Below the pieces are notes generated by a model. That model did no database searches, was not told where the DNA came from, and was given only the letters and a program-made list of their open reading frames with translations. The position numbers were made by a program, and so were the translations under genes. DNA of 63,346 nucleotides, the filler included, from Chiloscyllium plagiosum (lineage: Eukaryota), in the NCBI RefSeq assembly GCF_004010195.1. It is 4 parts of one record of this genome, joined end to end, with 100 filler letters (N's around TTAATTAATTAA, not from the genome) between each part and the next. Parts side by side here need not be neighbours in the genome. Positions count along the whole stretch, not along the records: positions 19,196 to 40,839 come from NC_057715.1; positions 40,940 to 58,521 come from NC_057715.1; 2 more parts are not named here. One strand, given 5' to 3'. Below, in pieces: positions 38,975 to 51,177 of the stretch. How positions within the stretch are numbered: position 1 is the stretch's first letter; every line of letters begins with the position of its first letter.

Positions 38975-39530
38975 TCATAGGTGTTGCTGGCAAGGCCAGC
39001 ATTTATTGTCCATCCCTAGTTTCTCTTGAGAAGATGGTGGGCAACTGCCTTCTTGAACTGCTGAGTCCTTGTGCTGCAGATGGACCCAGAGTGCTGTTGG
39101 GGAGTGAATCAGTATTTTGACCCAGTGACAGTGAAGGAACGACGATGCAATTTCAAGTCAAGATGATGAGTGACTTGGAGAGGAGCTTGCAAATGGTAGT
39201 GTTCTCAAGTATCTGCTGCTCTTATAACTCCACAATTAATGCTTATGGATTTAGAAAGTGCTGTCTAAGGATCTTTGATGCAGTTCTGCAGAGCATCTTG
39301 TAGATGGTGCACATCGTTGCTGCTTAGATTTCACGATGGAGGGAGTGGATGCTTGTGCATGTGGTACCAAACAAATGGGCTGCTTTGTCCTCGATAGTTC
39401 AAAGTTTCTAGAATGTTGTTGGAGTTGCACTCACCCAGACAAGTGGGGATTATTCTATCACATTTCTTTGGTGTGCCTTGTAGATGGTAGATAGGCTTTG
39501 TCGAGCCTGGAGGTAGGTTACTCTGTAGTA
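38975..39530 (-). mobile_element. CR1-group LINE 3' end, distinct from the HER1-like family
   Basis: rc: SLSTIYKAH..VIE*SPLVWVSATPTTF*KL*TIEDKAAHLFG..SIHSLHR..CTIYKMLC; short pieces of the same end at ~8615 and ~34170. Confidence 0.75.
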
Positions 39531-39555
39531 TTCCTAACTGGCTCTTGACTGCTCT

Positions 39556-39870
39556 CTAGAGTAATAGAGTTGTACAACAACGAAACAGACCCTTTGCTCC
39601 AACTTACTTATGCCGATGAGATATCCTAAATTAATCTAGTACCATTTACGAGCATTTGGCCAGTATTACTCTAAATCCTTCCTATTCATGTACCTGTTCA
39701 GATGACTTTTAAATGTTGTAATTCTACCAGCCTCCACCACTTCCTCTGGTGGCTCATTCCATACACACACCACCCTCTGCATGAAAAGATTGTCCCTTAG
39801 GTCTCTTTTAGATCTTTCCCCTCGCACCTTAAACCCATACCGTCTAATTTTGGACCCCCCTACACTCGAA
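39556..39870 (-). mobile_element. CR1 (HER1-like) 3' end
   Basis: FKVRGERSKRDLRDNLFMQRVVCVWNEPPEEVVEAG..HLNRYMNRK. Confidence 0.87.
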
Positions 39871-40217
39871 AACTTGATCATTTTTTTAAAAACATATGAT
39901 ATTAGTTTTGGATTTAGCCTCAATCTGTGCTGTAAGATACTGTACGGTCCATCATGACTATCTATGCTAGCACGTTCGGTCCAATTTGCTCTTACACCCT
40001 CAGCTTTAATACACATAATGCGGCAAATTCCCCCTTTTCAAGTCCACATCCAATTGCCTTTTGAAAGTTTCCATTGAATCTGATTCCACCATCCTTTCAG
40101 ATAATGCATTCTAGATCTTAATATCTGTCTGTGTGGAGTGTGCATATTCTCCTTACGTCTCCGTTGGTTTCCTTTGGGTGCTCTGGTTTCCTCCCACAGT
40201 CCAAAGATGTGCAGGTT

Positions 40218-40839
40218 TGGTGGAAGGGATGATCACCTTATTGGGATTGTATTATAGACCCCCCAATAGTCAGAGGGAAATTGAGAGACAAATTTGTAAG
40301 GAGAGCTCAGCTATCTGTAAGAATAATAGGGTAGTTATGGTAGGGGATTTTAATTTTCCAAACATCGACTGGGACTACCATAGTGTTAAAGGTTTAGATG
40401 GAGAGGAATTTCTTTAGTGCGCACAAGACAATTTTCTGTTTCAGTATGTGGGTGTCCCTATTAGAGAAGGTGCAAAATTTGACCTACTCTTGGGAAATAA
40501 GGCAGGGCAGGTGACTGAGGTGTCAGTGGGGGAGCACTTTGGGGCCAGCGACCCATAATTCTATTTGTTTTAAAATAGTGATGGAAAAGAATAGACCGGA
40601 TCTAAAAGTTGAAGTTCTAAATTGGAGAAAGGCCAATTTTGATGGTATTAGGCAAGAACTTTCAAAAGCTGATTGGAGGCAGATGTTCGCAGTTAAAGGG
40701 ATGGTTGGAAATTGGGAAGCCTTCAGAAATGAGATAACAAGAATCCAGAGAAAGTATATTCCTCTCAGGGTGAAAGGGAAGGCTGGTAGGTATAGGGAAT
40801 GCTGGATGACTAAAGAAATTGAGGGTTTGGTTAAGAAAA
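40218..40839 (+). mobile_element. Young CR1 ORF2 APE endonuclease fragment running into a gap
   Basis: LGLYYRPPNSQRE..VMVGDFNFPNIDW..LNWRKANFDGIRQEL. Confidence 0.9.
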
Positions 40840-40939
40840 NNNNNNNNNNNNNNNNNNNNNNNNNNNNNNNNNNNNNNNNNNNNTTAATTAATTAANNNNN
40901 NNNNNNNNNNNNNNNNNNNNNNNNNNNNNNNNNNNNNNN
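40840..40939. other. Assembly spacer N44-TTAATTAATTAA-N44
   Basis: 100 bp, same linker. Confidence 0.97.
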
Positions 40940-41585
40940 ACACTCCAGGTTCTGCACCCTAAAGCTACAGTCTGGGTTCCCATGCCCCTGCAGAGTTAGT
41001 TTAAACCCCCCCCCCCCCCGAGCACTAGCAAACCTCCCACCAAGGGTACTGGTGCCCCTCAGGTTCAGGTGTAGACCATCCTGTTTAAATGGTCCCACCT
41101 TCCCCAGAAAGAACCCCAGTTATCCAGATACCGGAATCGCTCCCTCCTGCACCATCCCTGTAGCCACGCATTTAACTGTTCTCTCTCCCTATTCCTCGAC
41201 TCTCTATCACGTGGCACGGGTAACAAACCAGAGACAACAACTCTGTTTGTTCTAACTCTGAGCTTCCAACCTAGCTTCCTGAAAGCCTGCCTAACATCCT
41301 CAGCCCTCCTCCTACCTATGTCGTTGGTGCCAATGTGGACCACGACTTCGGCTGCTCCCCCTCCCCCTTAAGGACCCGGAAAACACGATCAGAGAGGTCA
41401 CGTACCCTTGCACTTGGGAGGCAACATACCAAACGTGAGTCTCTCTCGCCCCCACAGAACCGTCTATCTGTGCCCTGAAATATCGAGTCCCCAATAACTA
41501 TTGTTCTGCTCTTCTCCACCCTTCCCTTCTGAGCAACGGGGACACGATCTGTGCCAGAGGCCTGAACCCCATTGCTTACCCCTGA
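40940..41585 (-). mobile_element. Young CR1 ORF1 esterase-like fragment
   Basis: IVIGDSIFQGTDRRFCGGERDSRLVCCLP..VHIGTNDIG..VVVSGLLPVPR..DGLHLN. Confidence 0.9.
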
Positions 41586-41589
41586 AAGT

Positions 41590-41930
41590 TTGTGAATGGC
41601 ATGGATAAAGTGGACAGCATGAGGCATTTTCCCAGGTGAAGAGGTTAATTACTAGGGGACGTAGATTTAAGGTGTCAGGGAGAAGTTTAAAAGAGATGTG
41701 CAGCAGGTTTTTCACACAAATGATGGTGAGCGTCAGGAACATGTTGCCAGAAGAGAATGTGGAAGCCGACATAGTAGCAGCATTCAAGAACCACCTGACC
41801 AAATACGTGAATAGGAAGGGAATATAGGGATACGGATCCTGTAGGTGAAGACAGTTTTAGTATGGAAGAGCAAACTGTTGGTGCAGGCTTGGAGGGCCGA
41901 AGGGACTGTTCCTGTGCTGTGTTGTTCTTT
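41590..41930 (+). mobile_element. CR1 3' end
   Basis: LITRGRRFKVSG..FFTQMMV..AFKNHLTKYVNRKG; UTR GGAGGGCCGAAGGGACTGTTCCTGTGCTGT. Confidence 0.85.
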
Positions 41931-42589
41931 GTCAAACATGATTTCTTCTTCATAAATTCATACCCATTGTCCAGTCAAATAATTATTTCCTAATTTTCCA
42001 GTAATTTCATCCTTTACAATAGATTCTAATATTTACCTTTCTCCTGACATTCAGCCAATAGACTATCACTCTCCATTTTCTCTTCCATGTCTATCTTATT
42101 CAGTGAGGTTTTATTTGCAATTTCCAATCTCTAGTCATCACTGTTTCAGCTGGGTATGGAGACCGCATCCATAATTCTGATTTCTTCCAGAGCCTTGGTA
42201 TTTATTAACCACACATATGTAGACTTCTGATACCGAACATGTGGTATGAAAATTGTAGATGTGCCATGGAATTGTTTGTCTTATTGAAGTGGGCCTTGTA
42301 ACTGAAAAGGTTGGGAATCACTGTTCTATGAATCTTGACAAAAATTACACAAACAAAATATTGTAAGATGCAGTTTTAAAAAAAAAGGAAATTCTATCAT
42401 ACAATGTCACTGTTCTTAAAAGATTCTTTTACAATAAGGCTATTAATCAGTTCTTTCTAATCACATAACACTAAATCTAAAATAGCCTATGCTCTAGTTG
42501 TTTCCTCACATTTTACTCTGGAACATAATCTCAAATATGTCAGGAAATCTTTCTCCAGAGCACTATTGCTCATCTCACTTGCCCAGAAT

Positions 42590-43295
42590 ATTGATTGATT
42601 GATTGATTGTTACGCGTACTGAGGTACAGAGAAAAGCCTTGTTTATGAGCAGTACAGGCAGACCATAGTAAGCAAGGATGTACAGATAATAAGGACTTAG
42701 ACAGAGGCATACAGTTTACATTGCACAGGGTGTGCACTAGATGAGAGCAATGTTAGCAAGATCTTAATTATTTCAGGCTACAGAATCCATTCATCAGTCG
42801 AATAATGGCCGGGAAGAAGCTGTTCCTGAACCTGCTGGTGCATGTGTTCAGGCTTCTGTATCTTCTGCCTGACGGAAAAGGTTGGAGGAGAGCACTACCC
42901 GGGTGCAATGGGTCTTTGATGATGCTTACAGTCTTTCCGCTGTAGTGAGCCATGTAAATGCAGTCCGTGAATGAGAGCTTGACATCTGTGATATTCTGGT
43001 CTCTGCACATAACCTTCTGTAGTTTCTTACGGTCCTGGGCAGAGCAGTTGTCATACCAGGCCATTATGCACTTGGACAATCTGCTCTTTAAAATGCATCT
43101 GTCAGGTCCTTATGCACATGCCAAATTTCCTGAGGAGCCTGAGGAAGAAGAGGCATTGTTGTGCCTTCTTGACCGTCACATCTACATGGGAAGTCCAGGA
43201 CAGATCGTTGGTGATTGTCACTCTGAGGAACTTGATACTCTCAACCTTCTCAACCACAGTTCCATTGATGTAGATGGGGCAATGTTCTCCTCCTT
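42590..43295 (-). mobile_element. Rex1/Babar LINE 3' end
   Basis: CIMAWYDNCSAQDRKKLQKV..IIKDPLHPGSALLQPFPSGRRYRSL..RFRNSFFPAIIRLMN; (CAAT)n tail. Confidence 0.88.
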
Positions 43296-44888
43296 TCTAT
43301 ATGTAGATTTAAGTAACCTTTGACATCTTTATATTCATGATGTTTATCCTGCCCTATATTATCACTACTACTCGGTAACCTATAAACCACTCCTACTAAC
43401 ATTTGCTGACTCTTGCTTTTGCTTAACTTCATCCAAATAGATCTGCATCCTGTTCTTCTGATCTAAGATTATTTTTGTTTGTAATTTAATGATCCTATTC
43501 TTTAAAATTGGCACTAGTGCTCTCCATGTCCTTTTTGCCATTCCTTTAAATGTCAAATATCCTGAACATTAATTTCCCAGTCTTGGTTACTTTGCAACCA
43601 CAAGTCTGCAAAAACTATTGAATCCTGCTCTATTGCTTCTACAAGCACTGTTGATTCACGTATTGCATTGCATGTCCTGAAAGGGCTCCAGTTAAGAATG
43701 ATTTTATTCTACTTTTTTACCAGTGTTCTGTAATTTTATCCTAGCTGATTTTAGGATTTCCTACTGCTTTCCACTTTCATTTACAGCTTTTCAACTTCTC
43801 ATATCAAACAGCATTCCCTCTCAATTTCCCACCTTGCTGACTAGATAGTTTAAGCTCTCCCTGACATTACTAGCAAATATACCAATGAAGATATTCATTA
43901 TAGTCAGAACTGATCCCTAGGTACCAGAAAACTAAAGCCTTCCCTCTTAAACCATCTTTTCAGTCACATTTTTCTTACCCCAATCTTCCCATTTCGAAAC
44001 TCAGTAGCATATGATACTGAGGATAATCCTGAGATTACTTGGTTAAGTGTCTTCCTTTGTAGTGTTTTGTCTCGTTCCTTTATTTCTACTTACAGGAACT
44101 CATAACATTTTCTACTTATGTCACGGTGTCACAAGCTTGTCTGTTACTACATTCCTCTGATGAACTGTCACTTTCACCCATATCTAAAACATAAAACTGG
44201 TTAGTGAATGAGAGTGCAGAAGTCCCATGAGTCTATGAGCCTGGAATTCTAGACTGTCTAGCAGTCAGCTTTCGGCCTGCATACTTTTAATGTATGGTCT
44301 GACCATTTTGTTAAATGTACTATTCACTTAGGTTTCTGCTTCTCAGATGCACCAAAATGGTGCTCTGTTAATGTTCCACAACTCAAGGTTTTGAAACTGG
44401 AGAGACATCTCATCTTCAGAAAGAGTCCACAATACAGGGATGGGCATTCCATACATTTGTGCTGACTTGCCATGCTTTAAGCTTACTCTCGGCCTATTTA
44501 ATTGAAACAGAAGACTAGAAATTAAAACTTACAATTATTAACCAGACAGCCCCAATGAAGCTAGCTCTTTGCAAATAGACCCCCACACTGGACATTCACC
44601 AATCAGTCTGTAATGTCACTGCTCCTTTCAAATAACTAAGCATACACTGAATCCCAGCTGTTCTCTGTGACAGAGAGCTGAGTAGACTAGCACCCTGACT
44701 CACAGGTAAGTGAAATTTTGAGCCAAATTTTATTCACTCAGTCCACACACTTTTCAAAGACATAGGCTGCTTCCCGAATCCCAAAAATGCTTCTCCCTAA
44801 ATCTGTGTCCTTTAATATGAATCCATCAACTGTGCAGAATGTAAATTTACTACCTATACAATCTAGACCTCTAACAATCTTATAGCTT

Positions 44889-45100
44889 CAGAAACTGAAA
44901 TATAAGTTGCTGGAAAAACACAGCTGGTCTGGCAGCATCTTTGGAGGGAAAGCAAAATTAATGTTTCAGGTCCAGTGTCCCTTCTTCAGATTAGTCTCTG
45001 GACGTGAAATATTAACTCTGCTTTCTCTTCACAGTTGCTGCCAGACCTGCTGAGCTTTTGCATCAATTACAGTTTTTGTTTCTGATTTCCAGCATCTACA
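44889..45100. mobile_element. Short palindromic PLE derivative
   Basis: GCTGGTCTGGCAGCA..CCCTTCTTCAGA | ..TGCTGCCAGACCTGCTGAGC; tail TTTCCAGCATCT; a further single arm at ~45200-45300. Confidence 0.75.
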
Positions 45101-46818
45101 TTGGCATTATGTTTCTATAATTTGATCCCATTCAGTCTCCTCCTTTTCTTCCAAGTAAAACAATCCTAGCATAGAAAGTAAAACAATCCTAGCATAGAAA
45201 GAAAAACAAAAATTGCCGGAAAAGCTCAGCAGGTCTGATAGCATTTGTAAAGAGAAATCAGAGTTAATGTTTTAGATCTGGTAACCCTTCCTCAGAACTA
45301 ACTTATATAATCTGTTTTCAAAATCGAACTTTTGACCACTTCATGTGAAAATACAGCCCTAGTTAAGCTAATTCATCACTAAGTTTTCAAGCTCAGCCAA
45401 GCATTTATAATAGGGAAGTACAGTGTTTGCTTTGATTGATTGCCATCTTTATGTAGATGTTATAAATGATTCTTTCTTTCAACTTTCTCATTCAATGACT
45501 CAATGTGTATTTGGACAAGTTTGTAAAATGTGAAGTGAGGTAAAGCTTCTGTTATTGATATTACAGTGAAGCTGTCTGATTGACACATTTATAGGATTCT
45601 AAGATAGCCACAGTTTTTCCAAAGCAAATTTGTGAATGTATACTTTTGAGAGCATTATACTTGTATTATCTGACTATCTTCTGTAAAGTACAAATTAAGA
45701 GTGGGTCTGGGAAATGCAGGAAGCTAGGGAAGGGCTTGAGGGGAGAATTGGGCAGGATAAAAACATGCGAGTGGGAAGGGGACATAAGCGTGGGCTGAGA
45801 CATAGAAGATCCAAAAATCTTTACCACAACTGGGACAATGTCTAAAAAAATTGAAGCAGGTCTCTTAAACTAACCTGTCCATCAATTGCCTACCTCTGTA
45901 ATCACCTAACAACTACCTCTGGAGGTGGCAGGCCTGACTACATCTCACGTCAACATCCACAGATGAACATATAGCACAGAAGAGCCTTTTAAATGAGATG
46001 GATCTGCCAAGTTGGTAAACTTCCCAACTCAGGCTTCTAGCCTCAGTGGCAAATATCTAACCCTCAAGTCTCCTTCAAATCTCATCCACAGGATGGATAT
46101 TAATATATTCAGTGAAGTTCCTCTGTTCACTATTTTAATTTAGCTGTTAACCTTCTTCCTATTACTGTGCTCACATTTTCTAATCCCACTGCGCCCATTT
46201 GATCCTTATTGCCTCTATGCAGTATATCCAAAATGTCGATATTGTTCTTACTGCCTCTTCCTGATGTCAATGCTGACATGAGTAGTCTGCTCTTCAGTTA
46301 GTTACACATTTCCCTGTTTATATTCATCTTTTGTTTGTCTGTCCTGTCAGATAACCTTCCCTCACCGCCCTTGGTACACTTCTTTTTATACATTTTTTAG
46401 CAGAGTTTCATTTATATTAATTAAATCCACCATTGGTTGGAAAGTGATTCTAATGCATTATTCATTTTTCTATAAACCAGTGAACAACTGAATACTACAT
46501 ACATAATTAACTTTATGAATACACATCAAACTTGCAGCAAAAATTCGCTCAAATAAAACAGCTGACAGTAGAGATGACGCAAAAAAGTTTCATTCCATAA
46601 AAATGCTTCACATCTTTATCATTTTTTTGCCCTTGGACTGCAGCAGCTTTCATCCTATCAAATCCCAGTTTGTATAAGGACTTTGGTTTCTTTTTATCAG
46701 CTTTTAATTATGGTTTAGGTGTTGGCTAAATTTCCTGATGCATCAAAAACAAGTAGGGCTTCTGGGCTGCAATCTTGCAGTAGCCCTATTTCTGGGCCAG
46801 AAACATGGGCCCAACATT

Positions 46819-47125
46819 GGGTGGCACGGTGGCTCAGTGGTTAGCACTACTGCCTCACAGTACCTGGGTCCCAGGTTTGATTCCAGCCTCAAGCAACTGT
46901 CTGTGTGGAGTTTGCACATTCTCCCTGTGTCTGCGTGGGTTTCCTCTGGGTGCTCTTGTTTCCTCCCACAATCCAAAGATGTGCAGGCCAGGTGAATTGG
47001 CCATGCTAAATTGTCCATAGTGCTAGGTGCATTAGTCAGAGGGGGGTGGGTTACTCTTCGGAGGGTCAGTGTGGACTTGTTGGGCTAAAAGGCCTGTTTC
47101 CACACTGTAGGGAATCTAATCTAAT
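46819..47125 (+). mobile_element. V-SINE (HE1-like), full length
   Basis: GGGTGGCACGGTGGCTCAGTGGTTAGCAC..V-domain..CCACACTGTAGGGAATCTAATCTAAT. Confidence 0.92.
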
Positions 47126-47296
47126 TTAACCCTCGCATCCTCCAGATGTGTGTCACAGCTGTTTGAACAGATTGATTAAAAATATCTATCACAAACAAGT
47201 GATAGAAATTTAAGGATAGAAATTCTTGGTGTTACAAGCAGGTGAACATGAGAGCATGGACTCTCCTCTCAATTGCATTTATTATGTCAAGCATTT

Positions 47297-48657
47297 AGTA
47301 GTTTCTGGTACATGATGGCGGCGAAGTAACAGGACTGAGTGGTCTTGCCCAATGCCCAGCACTCCAATCTGCTTCCCAAATTTGTTTTAGTTTGCTTCTG
47401 CTCATTTCTTTCACTTTATTTTCAATTTGTTTTGGCACTCCACATACGGAATGGTGGACGTGGTTTCTCCTGGTAACAGGAGGCAGTGGCAATGGGGTCA
47501 CTCTCCCTGTGATAGGAGACTGCAGCAGTGAGATCACTCTCCTAGCAACAGGAGGCAGTGGCAGTGGCAGTGGCAGTGGCATCACTCTCCCTGTGATAGG
47601 AGGCAGCAGCAGTGAGGTCATTCTCCTAGCAACAGGAGGCAGTGGCAGTGGGGTCACTCTCCCTGTGATAGGAGGCAGCAGCAGTGAGGTCACTCTTCCT
47701 GTGATAGGAGGCAATGGCAGTGAGGTCACTCTCTCTGTGATAGGAGGCAGCAGCAGTGAGGTCACTCTCCTGACAACAGGAGGCAATGGCAGTGAGGTCA
47801 CTCTCTCTGTGATAGGAGGCAGCAGCAGTGAGGTCACTCTCCTGACAACAGGAGGCAGCAGCAGTGAGGTCACTCTCCTGACAACAGGAGGCAGTGGCAG
47901 TGCGGTCACTCTCCTGGTGATAGGAGGCAGTAAGATCACTGTCCTGGCAATAGGAGGCAGCAGCAGTGGGGTCATTCTTCTGGCAATAGGAGGCAGCTGC
48001 AATGAATGCATTCTCCTGCCATTCGGGGTCTGTGGCAATGGCAGCAAGGTCACAGTTCCATCATTCCGAGCCGGCAGCAGTGAGGTTGTTCTCCTGGTGT
48101 TTGGGGCCTGTGACAGCAGCAGTGACGTTGTTCTTTTGGCAGCAGCTGCAAAGCTTCTCCAAGAACCAAGGACAGCGGTGTCAGTGGCAGTGAACTCTCC
48201 AAGACAACGGCGCCAGTAAAGTGACATCTGCAGTCAAAGTGGGACGCGTGGCCCAGCGGCCTGGTTTAGCAGCAGAGTCAGGGAATCTTTGCTGAGGAGT
48301 GAGTGTGCGCCAAGCGGCAAAGAGATGGCACCTAACATGACTGCTACGTTAGAGGGTCCAGCACAAGTAGTGGAGTTGTCCCTTGAGGGTTTGTGCCAGC
48401 ACATACAGGGTCAGAAAGACTGATATTCTGAACTTTTTACTTCTTTATTTTTCTGACTTCTTCCTATGATCTATAATGCTGGGCTATTTATTTCTTTATT
48501 TTCCTGATTTTTTTTTTGTTTTCTAAAAATTTGATCTTAGGTATCTGTAACTAAATACCTTTGTATCTAAGATGGCACTACAATGCGGCAACTGTAAACT
48601 TTTCACTGTGCCTATTTGAGTATATGTGACAATAAAGCTAATTGAATTAATTCAATT
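47297..48657 (+). mobile_element. Putative non-autonomous element with Rex1-type 3' tail and internal minisatellite
   Basis: Starts near GATGGCGGCG (YY1-like); ends CTTTTCACTGTGCCT..GTGACAATAAAGCTAATTGAATTAATTCAATT, matching the Rex1 tail at 36135-36177; no RT motifs. Confidence 0.55.
47465..48020. repeat. 36-bp minisatellite, ~15 units, degenerate to ~48200
   Basis: Unit CTC(CCTGTGATA/CTGACAACA)GGAGGCAGCAGCAGTGAGGTCACT; length variants differ by multiples of 6 bp. Confidence 0.95.
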
Positions 48658-49356
48658 GAGCACCTTGCCTTAAGCCCAAACACTCTCTACCCTGCTCCCA
48701 ACCACAATTTCCCATCAACACATTGGCATAACTGCTAAACATATATGCACATGATGTTCAACCCACGTCAAGTCTCCACAATATTTTGAGGCAGTGTTAA
48801 AAATATGCTAGAAGCAATAACCCCACCCAACAAACCGAGCTTGGCTCCAAAAGTAGCCTCAACTCCAGATTTGATCACGTTTCTTCCATCCAGGTGACTG
48901 TATCACCATTGTAGATTTCTACTAATTGTGCTCCTTCATAAGGAGTTGAGGTGGTTCCAAAACATAAGCTGTGTTTGGATGCTGTTATACTATCTGGGGT
49001 AGCTTTAAAGTTGGAAATATTTTTAAAAGTATATATTCTGCTGAGGAACACATTGTTGTGCTCTTTTGTTTTTTGCAAACATTACAATCATTCAACAAGG
49101 ATTTGTAGAACAATAATTTTGGTTTGTATTTGAAAATAAATCCCTCTGCAGACAACAATAACTGGAAGATTGTAAATACACATCTGATCTGTGGGACTAC
49201 TGCTGTCTTTATTCGCCAGAATTGTGGATCTATATATTGCAACCTGTCTTGTGTTGGGTAGTGATGGTCAACAGCTTAAGGAACATACTCATAGAAGTAC
49301 ATCACAATACTCACCACTGCACTGGAATCCGGTGAAAAAAATCACTCTGTATATCA

Positions 49357-49668
49357 GAGAATCCCTACAGCATGGAAACAGGACATTGGCCCAACAAGTC
49401 CAGACCAACCTTTTGAGGCCATCCCATCCAGACCCATCCCAATAACCCTGCATTTCCCATGGCTAATGTGTCTAACCTATACATCCCTGAATTCAGTGGC
49501 CACTTTAGCATGGCCACCCCCCCTAACTTGCACATTGGGAGGAAACCGGAGCACCCAGCAGAAATCTGCGCAGATATGGGGAGAACATGCACATGGACAG
49601 TTGCCTGAGGCTGGAATCAAACCCAGATACTGTGAGGCATTAGTGCTAACAATTGAACCACTGTGCCA
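49357..49668 (-). mobile_element. V-SINE (HE1-like)
   Basis: rc head GGCACAGTGGTTCAATTGTTAGCAC and V-domain; first of a tandem pair. Confidence 0.85.
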
Positions 49669-49679
49669 TTTTAAATATT

Positions 49680-49990
49680 TATTAGATTATTAGATTACCT
49701 ACAGTGTGGAAACAGGCCCTTCGGCCCAACAAGTCCACACCGACCCTCCGAAGAGCAACCCATCCAGACCCATTCCCCTACACCTAACATGATGGGCAAT
49801 TTAGCATGACCAATTCACCTAACCTGCACATTTTTGGACTGTGGGAGGAAACCAGAGCACCCGGAGGAAATCCACGCAGACACGGGGAGAATGTGCAAAC
49901 TCAACACAGACAGTTGCCTGTGGCGGGAATTGAACCCGGTCTCTGGCACAGTGAGGCAGCAGTGCTAACCACTGTGCCACCATGCCACCC
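49680..49990 (-). mobile_element. V-SINE (HE1-like)
   Basis: rc GGGTGGCATGGTGGCACAGTGGTTAGCACTGCTGCC, V-domain, (TAATC)-type tail. Confidence 0.92.
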
Positions 49991-50277
49991 ATTGCCACCA
50001 TGATGCCCATCATGTGAAATAACAGAATTCAGAGATATAGGATTAACATTATGCTTTTATTCCATTTTCTATCCAACCGTAACTGTAGCGGACACAAGAT
50101 TTTAATCTGAAAATGCTCAGATCTTTCATTGTACCTGTGCAGCCAAAATGCATTCACTGGCCATACTCTGTGCTGCAGGTTTCAATGTTAAGTATTCATC
50201 CACTAATATCACTGATTATAATTTCTGGCCTTAAAGAACCATTATTTTAACTGACACATCTGCACCAAGAATCCTAC

Positions 50278-50464
50278 CTTTATTAGCATCCATCCCTCCA
50301 ACAGCGTACAGAGATCCTACAGTAGACTTTCGAGGCCTAGTCCTTGGACTCTGCATTAAAGGTCGTCTCTCTGGTAACAGATGGTATTTCATCGCTTCAA
50401 GAATAAGTTTTTGGCATTCCAGGTCATCTTTGAAGAGAGCATTATTTTCAAGGTCTGCCAAAAG
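50278..50464 (-). CDS. KLHL1: Internal coding exon (187 bp) of a kelch-like BTB-BACK-kelch gene, KLHL1/4/5 subfamily, best match KLHL1; BACK C-terminus to start of kelch repeat 1
   Basis: Translates [62 protein letters not shown](G). Acceptor ttgttttacAG|CTT at 50466/50464, donor AAAG|GTAGGA at 50278/50277; phase 0 start, phase 1 end. ALFK, LILEA, LMQ and NKG favour KLHL1 over KLHL4/5 (from recall; paralog call less certain than family call). Confidence 0.88.
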
Positions 50465-50621
50465 CTGTAAAACAATAATTAGTAAATAAACAAATTCAGG
50501 TAACAGATTACGAGGTTTGGTAACAACTGTTCATAATATATATGGAAAAGGGGCAATTCTGGAAGGAGTTCAAAATAATTTAACTGAACAGTTCTGATGA
50601 AATTGTAAAGTTAAACTATTT

Positions 50622-51177
50622 AGGGTGTAGGTTTTCTCACTGAAGTGTAGGTTTGACATCCAGACATTTCATTACCTGGCTAGGTAACATCATCAGTGGC
50701 GACCTCCAAGTGAAGCGAAGCTGTTGTCTCCTGCTTTCTATTTATATCTTTCTCCTGGATGGGGTTCCTGGGGTTTGTGGTGATGTAATTTCCTGTTCAT
50801 TTTCTGAGGGGTTGATAGATGGCATCTAGAGCTATGTGTTTGTTTATGGCATTGTGGTTGGAGTGCCAGGCCTCTAGGAATTCTCTGGCATGTCTTTGCT
50901 TAGCCTGTCCCAGGATAGATGTGTTGTCTATCTAGATGCCATCTATCAACCCCTCAGAAAACAAACAGGAAATGACATCACCACAAACCCCAGGAACCCC
51001 ATCCAGGAGAAAGATATAAATAGAAAGCAGGAGACAACAGCTTCACTTCACTTGGAGGTCGCCACTGTTGATGTTACCTAGCCAGCTAATGAGACGTCTG
51101 GATATCAAACCTACAGCTCAGCGAGCAAACCTACACCCTGAATCTCAACCTGAGCGACAAACCTTCACAAACCTTGC
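50622..51177. mobile_element. Penelope/Poseidon-type PLE fold-back insertion
   Basis: 50622-50830 is the inverted complement of 50931-51140; minus arm extends into GIY-YIG (SILGQAKQRHAREFLEAWHS); ~37-nt tail on right arm only; TSD AGTTAAACTATTT at 50609-50621 and 51178-51190. Confidence 0.92.

Noticed and set aside
40124..40260. V-SINE fragment fused to CR1 endonuclease as a chimeric element
   Set aside because: Single instance near a contig end; insertion into a SINE or misassembly is simpler
46819..46890. tRNA genes at V-SINE heads
   Set aside because: A/B boxes run straight into the V-domain and LINE tail; many diverged copies; no complete cloverleaf
47465..48020. CRISPR-like array
   Set aside because: Units are contiguous with no unique spacers; vertebrate context; no cas genes
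47295..48227. 310-aa (-) and 275-aa (+) ORFs as host genes
   Set aside because: Explained by a 36-bp tandem unit without stops in those frames; low complexity, no domain, inside a repeat-like element
50231..50277. ORF-track extension [14 protein letters not shown] and TTG start of the kelch ORF
   Set aside because: Similarity stops at the GT donor (50277), and the start lies within a spliced exon
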